DNA of 11,807 nucleotides. It comes from Bdellovibrionia bacterium (lineage in GTDB: Bacteria > Bdellovibrionota > UBA1018). The notes beneath the pieces are model-generated. The model saw nothing but the letters and a program-made list of their open reading frames with translations. It ran no database searches and had not been told where the DNA came from. The translations under genes were made by a program, and so were the position numbers. This document shows, piece by piece, positions 8,546 to 11,807 of this stretch (position 1 is its first letter; every line of letters starts with the position of its first letter). The stretch spans positions 1 through 11,807 of the forward strand of contig JBJMMA010000058.1 in the NCBI GenBank assembly GCA_045805065.1. The letters run 5' to 3'.

Positions 8546-8573
8546 TTGACAAAAACAGTCTGATATGTGAAAT
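8546..8573 (+). promoter_or_regulatory. Candidate sigma70-type promoter for the rightward operon
   Basis: Perfect TTGACA at 8546-8551 and a weak -10 candidate TGAAAT at 8568-8573 (16-nt spacer), about 45 nt before the ATG at 8618. The -10 match is poor. Confidence 0.4.
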
Positions 8574-8608
8574 AGGCAGGCACCATTTTTACTGCCGGAA
8601 GGCATTTG

Positions 8609-8613
8609 TGAGG
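8609..8613 (+). promoter_or_regulatory. Ribosome-binding site of the 98-aa ORF
   Basis: TGAGG 4 nt upstream of ATG 8618. Confidence 0.6.
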
Positions 8614-8617
8614 CAAG

Positions 8618-8914
8618 ATGAACGGAAATAAAAACGTCTTCGTATGGTTATCCTTGATGAGCGCGATCGGACAAGTTGTCAGCGCATCTGCTGGCGAAGT
8701 TGACGCCCCTAAGGATGAAACCGCTGCAGAATCATCCGAGGCGAAGAAAATCAGCTTTCAAGTCGAAGCCGATGGATCGATTAGCTTTACTCGAGAAGAC
8801 GGGACCGTGATTCTTGTCCCTAAAAAATATGTCGAAATCATTCGCTCAATGAAGTCGACCGACGCACCAGCTTTCGACCGCAGCAGCCCATGCGTGGCCA
8901 GAACGGTAAAGTGA
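8618..8914 (+). CDS. Small secreted hypothetical protein (Sec-type signal peptide); possible peptide precursor
   Basis: ATG with RBS, n-region Lys, hydrophobic h-region, AxA cleavage site (VSASA|GE), acidic linker and a single C-terminal Cys. First gene of a tightly packed operon. Confidence 0.75.
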   Translation: MNGNKNVFVWLSLMSAIGQVVSASAGEVDAPKDETAAESSEAKKISFQVEADGSISFTREDGTVILVPKKYVEIIRSMKSTDAPAFDRSSPCVARTVK

Positions 8915-8926
8915 TTGCGCTCGAAC

Positions 8927-10480
8927 ATGAACGACCTGATAGAGCTCGCGGCCAAGTCCTTTCGCTTTGGCAGCGATAGAATGAGTGTTCTTGATGCTCT
9001 GGGTCCGCAGAGCATCAAGAAGATCGGAACGAAATTTCCGGAACAAGCGGCAGAGGATCTCATCGATCGCTGCCAAGAGCTCCTCAAATACTTCTATCTG
9101 GCCTCTACATCCTCGTCTCCCCTGTTCTTTCCAGGCGATAAGCTGATGGATGACATCTGGCACACGCTCATCATCGAAACCGAAAACTATCGCGCTTTGT
9201 GCAAGCGGATTGGTTCTGGCGGATTTATCGATCACTCGGGCATTCTCTTCTCGGAACACGTGTCCCAGCAGGGAAATCAAGAAGTCCAATATGAGCAAAT
9301 GTCTTGGCTTGCTCTCTATGTCGCTCACTTCGGACCTATCACGCAACGTACGGCAGACATTCTGCCATTAGTTGAGGCGCTCAAGGCTCGATACAATGTG
9401 GATCTGAACTCCTTGAATGAGCTAGCCAGCATTGTTTCCCAGGGCTCTGGCGTTGGATCTCAATCCAAGTTTGATCTGAAGGACTTTATCGAGCAGCAGA
9501 TCTTTCCTAATGCCGATCTTCTTGAGAGTCGCCCCTCACTCGTAAAACTGATCATGGGCAATCTCGTCAATGGATTGAGAACGACGCACCCAGGTTCTCC
9601 TATCCATACTTTGATCTCAAACTCAGATCTTGAATTGATGTTTGGAGCGTCCGCAACATTTGCTTTCACCTTTTGGCAATACCTCGCTGCTCTGGAACGA
9701 CTTTCAAATTGCCAGGACTGGCAGGCCGAAAATTCCTCGCTTTGGCAAAAGCTTTCCACAGGCGAGTTACTCTGTGGGCTTGCCACCACTCACCTGGCTA
9801 AACCAGATGGAAGTTCCTTAGTAGGAACTGCTCAGGACAATGGCTTTGTGATCAACGGCGTTGCGCCTTGGGTGACCGGATTTGGAATCTATGACTATTT
9901 AGTCGTAGGACTAAGTACCGAAACCGAAATCGCGTTTGCGGTAGTGGATTTCCCAAAAGAGGAATCTCAAACCAGCCTGCTCCCTTTGACGTCGTTTGCA
10001 GGAACATCGACCGTCAGAATCGAATTCAAGAACAAGCCTATTTCTTCAAACCAAATCTGCAGCAGAAGGTTGAAAGGGACTACTCCCCCACAACCTCGAC
10101 CCTCGAAGTACCTTTCACCTGAGATTGGTATTGCTGAAAGAGCACTGAAAGAGGCTCGCAATCACATCGACAAGAAGGCGCATCCTAAACACGAAGGCAT
10201 CAAACAAGCCATTAGTCGTCTCGAAGAAAAGATTTACGAGTTCAAAACGGCTCGAAACAAAGAGAAGGCACCTGAAAATCTGCCTGTGATCTGCGATCTC
10301 ATCAACAGAGATGCCGTCAGACTCCTTGGCCTCACTCTGGGTGGATCGAGCATACTGGGTAACGCGCTTGTCTCCCGACTGTACTCTGAAACACTTCTCA
10401 CTGACATTGTCTTACAAGCAGCAACGACAATCCGGTCAAAGATCGATGAAATAGGCGCAAGAGCGTATGAATACAATTGA
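8927..10480 (+). CDS. Fusion protein: N-terminal GRDP/DUF1399-like domain plus acyl-CoA dehydrogenase-fold flavoprotein
   Basis: N-terminal ELLKYFYL...FP.DKLMDDIWHTLII.TENY..LC....GGFIDH resembles the GRDP-like pattern (EYxxFLxL...PS..VD.xWHxHIL.T..Y..FC...G.FIHH). SQGSGVGSQS linker. ACAD-type LSTGELLCGLATT, GFVINGVAPWVTG (9851-9880), GTSTVRIEF and LTLGGSS...VSRLYSE. Start is ATG 8927 or TTG 8915 (uncertain). Confidence 0.78.
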   Translation: MNDLIELAAKSFRFGSDRMSVLDALGPQSIKKIGTKFPEQAAEDLIDRCQELLKYFYLASTSSSPLFFPGDKLMDDIWHTLIIETENYRALCKRIGSGGFIDHSGILFSEHVSQQGNQEVQYEQMSWLALYVAHFGPITQRTADILPLVEALKARYNVDLNSLNELASIVSQGSGVGSQSKFDLKDFIEQQIFPNADLLESRPSLVKLIMGNLVNGLRTTHPGSPIHTLISNSDLELMFGASATFAFTFWQYLAALERLSNCQDWQAENSSLWQKLSTGELLCGLATTHLAKPDGSSLVGTAQDNGFVINGVAPWVTGFGIYDYLVVGLSTETEIAFAVVDFPKEESQTSLLPLTSFAGTSTVRIEFKNKPISSNQICSRRLKGTTPPQPRPSKYLSPEIGIAERALKEARNHIDKKAHPKHEGIKQAISRLEEKIYEFKTARNKEKAPENLPVICDLINRDAVRLLGLTLGGSSILGNALVSRLYSETLLTDIVLQAATTIRSKIDEIGARAYEYN

Positions 10481-11807
10481 TCGGAAAAAGCTGCTCAAAA
10501 CACTTGTGCTCGCCTTAGCGCCATCCTTGGCGCAGGCTGAGACTTATTGTGTTCCGGTCGCGACGGTGGATTTCAACAATTACCGCAAAATAGTAGACGG
10601 GAAAGAGCTCGCTTATCTGCTCTTCTTAAAGCCCTATATTTCCACAGATCCAAATGACCCTGGCTTGCTTGAAGCCTACTCGTTTTCACCTGACGGACGT
10701 ACCTTCACAGCGCGGGTCAATTCTTCGGCCCGTTGGCCAGATGGCACACCTCTGACTTCTAAAGAAGCAGCCGCTGGAATTGCCAAGGGACTGACCTATC
10801 GTACCCTTGGACAACGAGTTTCAGTAAAAAGTGTCCGAATCAAAGATGAGCGGACCTTTGAGCTGGTCTTTGATTCGAGCATCGAAAATACGACAGGAGT
10901 CTTGCGAGAAGCATTGAGCACTAACTCGAGGCATAATCGACTCTGGCCGATTCGATTGTCATCGACCGGTCCAGTGAAACCGGTTGCGGTGATTGGGCGT
11001 TTTCCAATCAGGTCCAAGGACGGCGCCTACGAGATCGAGTACAAGAATCACTCTGTCAAAATCTCGAATGCCTCAGGCTGCTCAAATGCAGACTTTTCAA
11101 TATTTCCTGGTCACGTCGCAGGTCAAAATAGACGCTTGAGTCTCAGCCCTGCCCCTTCTGAGATCACGCTCCTGCTGAATTCAACCCGACTCGATGAGAA
11201 TCAACGGAAAGAACTTTCCAAGATACTCAGAGCTGCAGTGGATCACGCTGCGCCTGAGACTGGGATTCGACCGACGATTTCTTTTTTCGAGCCCGGAGAG
11301 ACAGGACATCAGCAAAAACTCAAGTGGCCAAAGGGCACGTCCCTGAGTAGCTTGGCCAAGACTCCTTTAAAGATCGGATACGAAATTCCAATATTTAAAG
11401 ACGTCCTCGGCCCCGTACTTAAAACCCTGGGACTCAACGCAGAGTTCGTATCCCTTCCATCCGAGCAAGCGCTGGATGCCGAGTTACTTGCCTCTGGCAT
11501 TCAGAACGGCCGTCACGTCATCTTGCAAGACATCCTGGAATGGCCAAATGTATCTCATTTCCTAGCCCAGGCTCCGCTCACCCATAGCGCACTTAAGAAT
11601 GTCGCATCCCACTCATCATCAACCCTTCCACCCGATGAAGCTTCGTTGAGAAGCTTTGAAAATGCAGCGCTTCAGGAAATGGCGTTTGTTCCAATTGCCA
11701 GAAAACATCCTGTAGCCGAATCAAAAGCCACTTCTGATATTTGCCTAACTTGGACCTCGAAAGGTGAGCTCACGTTCAGTGACGCCAAAAATTGCGATGC
11801 AGCAAAA
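10467..11807 (+). CDS. Family-5 (OppA/DppA/NikA-like) extracellular solute-binding protein, 3'-truncated
   Basis: Missing from the ORF track. Hand translation from ATG 10467 is open for 447 codons to the window end: MNTIDRKKLLKTLVLALAPSLAQA|ETYC... It has the SBP_bac_5 signature PGLLEAYSFSPDGRTFTARVNSSARWPDGTPLTSKEA (from 10659), plus VRIKDERTFELVF and EMAFVPIAR. Overlaps the upstream stop by 14 nt. Confidence 0.85.
   Translation, partial: MNTIDRKKLLKTLVLALAPSLAQAETYCVPVATVDFNNYRKIVDGKELAYLLFLKPYISTDPNDPGLLEAYSFSPDGRTFTARVNSSARWPDGTPLTSKEAAAGIAKGLTYRTLGQRVSVKSVRIKDERTFELVFDSSIENTTGVLREALSTNSRHNRLWPIRLSSTGPVKPVAVIGRFPIRSKDGAYEIEYKNHSVKISNASGCSNADFSIFPGHVAGQNRRLSLSPAPSEITLLLNSTRLDENQRKELSKILRAAVDHAAPETGIRPTISFFEPGETGHQQKLKWPKGTSLSSLAKTPLKIGYEIPIFKDVLGPVLKTLGLNAEFVSLPSEQALDAELLASGIQNGRHVILQDILEWPNVSHFLAQAPLTHSALKNVASHSSSTLPPDEASLRSFENAALQEMAFVPIARKHPVAESKATSDICLTWTSKGELTFSDAKNCDAAK

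Larger units (their letters stand above)
8120..8617. promoter_or_regulatory. Divergent promoter/control region between the kinase operon and the secreted-protein operon
   Basis: 498-bp gap between divergently oriented starts (8119 minus, 8618 plus). It contains AT-rich tracts and several inverted repeats (8167-8178, 8192-8206, 8257-8285). Confidence 0.65.

Noticed and set aside
8367..8549. 60-aa ORF in the divergent intergenic region
   Set aside because: No clear RBS or motif, and it runs into the candidate -35; probably spurious, although a small peptide cannot be excluded.
8912..8960. Selenocysteine recoding of the in-frame TGA
   Set aside because: No convincing SECIS-like hairpin downstream and no redox-motif context.
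2881..9180. Apparent GC difference between blocks (60-nt spot counts about 30-48% leftward vs 50-53% rightward) as a sign of horizontal transfer
   Set aside because: Too few samples, partly explained by TM-rich coding, and no integrase, IS ends or att-like repeats were seen; needs a sliding-window GC3 calculation.
8758..10476. Antisense ORFs up to 166 aa opposite the small protein and fusion enzyme
   Set aside because: Typical antisense shadows of real coding sequence, with no recognisable domains.
11797..11807. ATG near the window end as the start of a next overlapping gene
   Set aside because: Only 11 nt visible and no RBS; cannot be supported.
1..11807. CRISPR array, tRNA/rRNA, transposase or intrinsic terminators
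   Set aside because: No regularly spaced repeats, RNA-gene signatures, transposase motifs or GC hairpin plus U-tract at gene ends were seen.

Overview
A gene-dense bacterial window (standard code) with two divergent gene blocks and one convergent gene. The leftward block (8119->1474) encodes two paralogous multi-TM sensor histidine kinases with degenerate C-terminal receiver-like domains, a class I SAM methyltransferase and a DMT/EamA-like transporter. The rightward block (8618->end) encodes a 98-aa Sec-type secreted protein, an unusual fusion of a GRDP/DUF1399-like domain to an acyl-CoA-dehydrogenase-fold flavoprotein, and a family-5 (OppA/DppA-like) solute-binding protein that is absent from the ORF track because it runs off the 3' end. 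At the left edge a 5'-truncated GAF-GAF-class III nucleotide-cyclase-like gene with non-canonical catalytic residues converges on the transporter. My inference is that this may be an undescribed signal synthesis/export/sensing locus. The kinase style is reminiscent of Bdellovibrionota/Oligoflexia-type genomes, which is unverified. I saw no RNA genes, CRISPR arrays or mobile elements. All family assignments come from motif recognition by eye, not from database searches.
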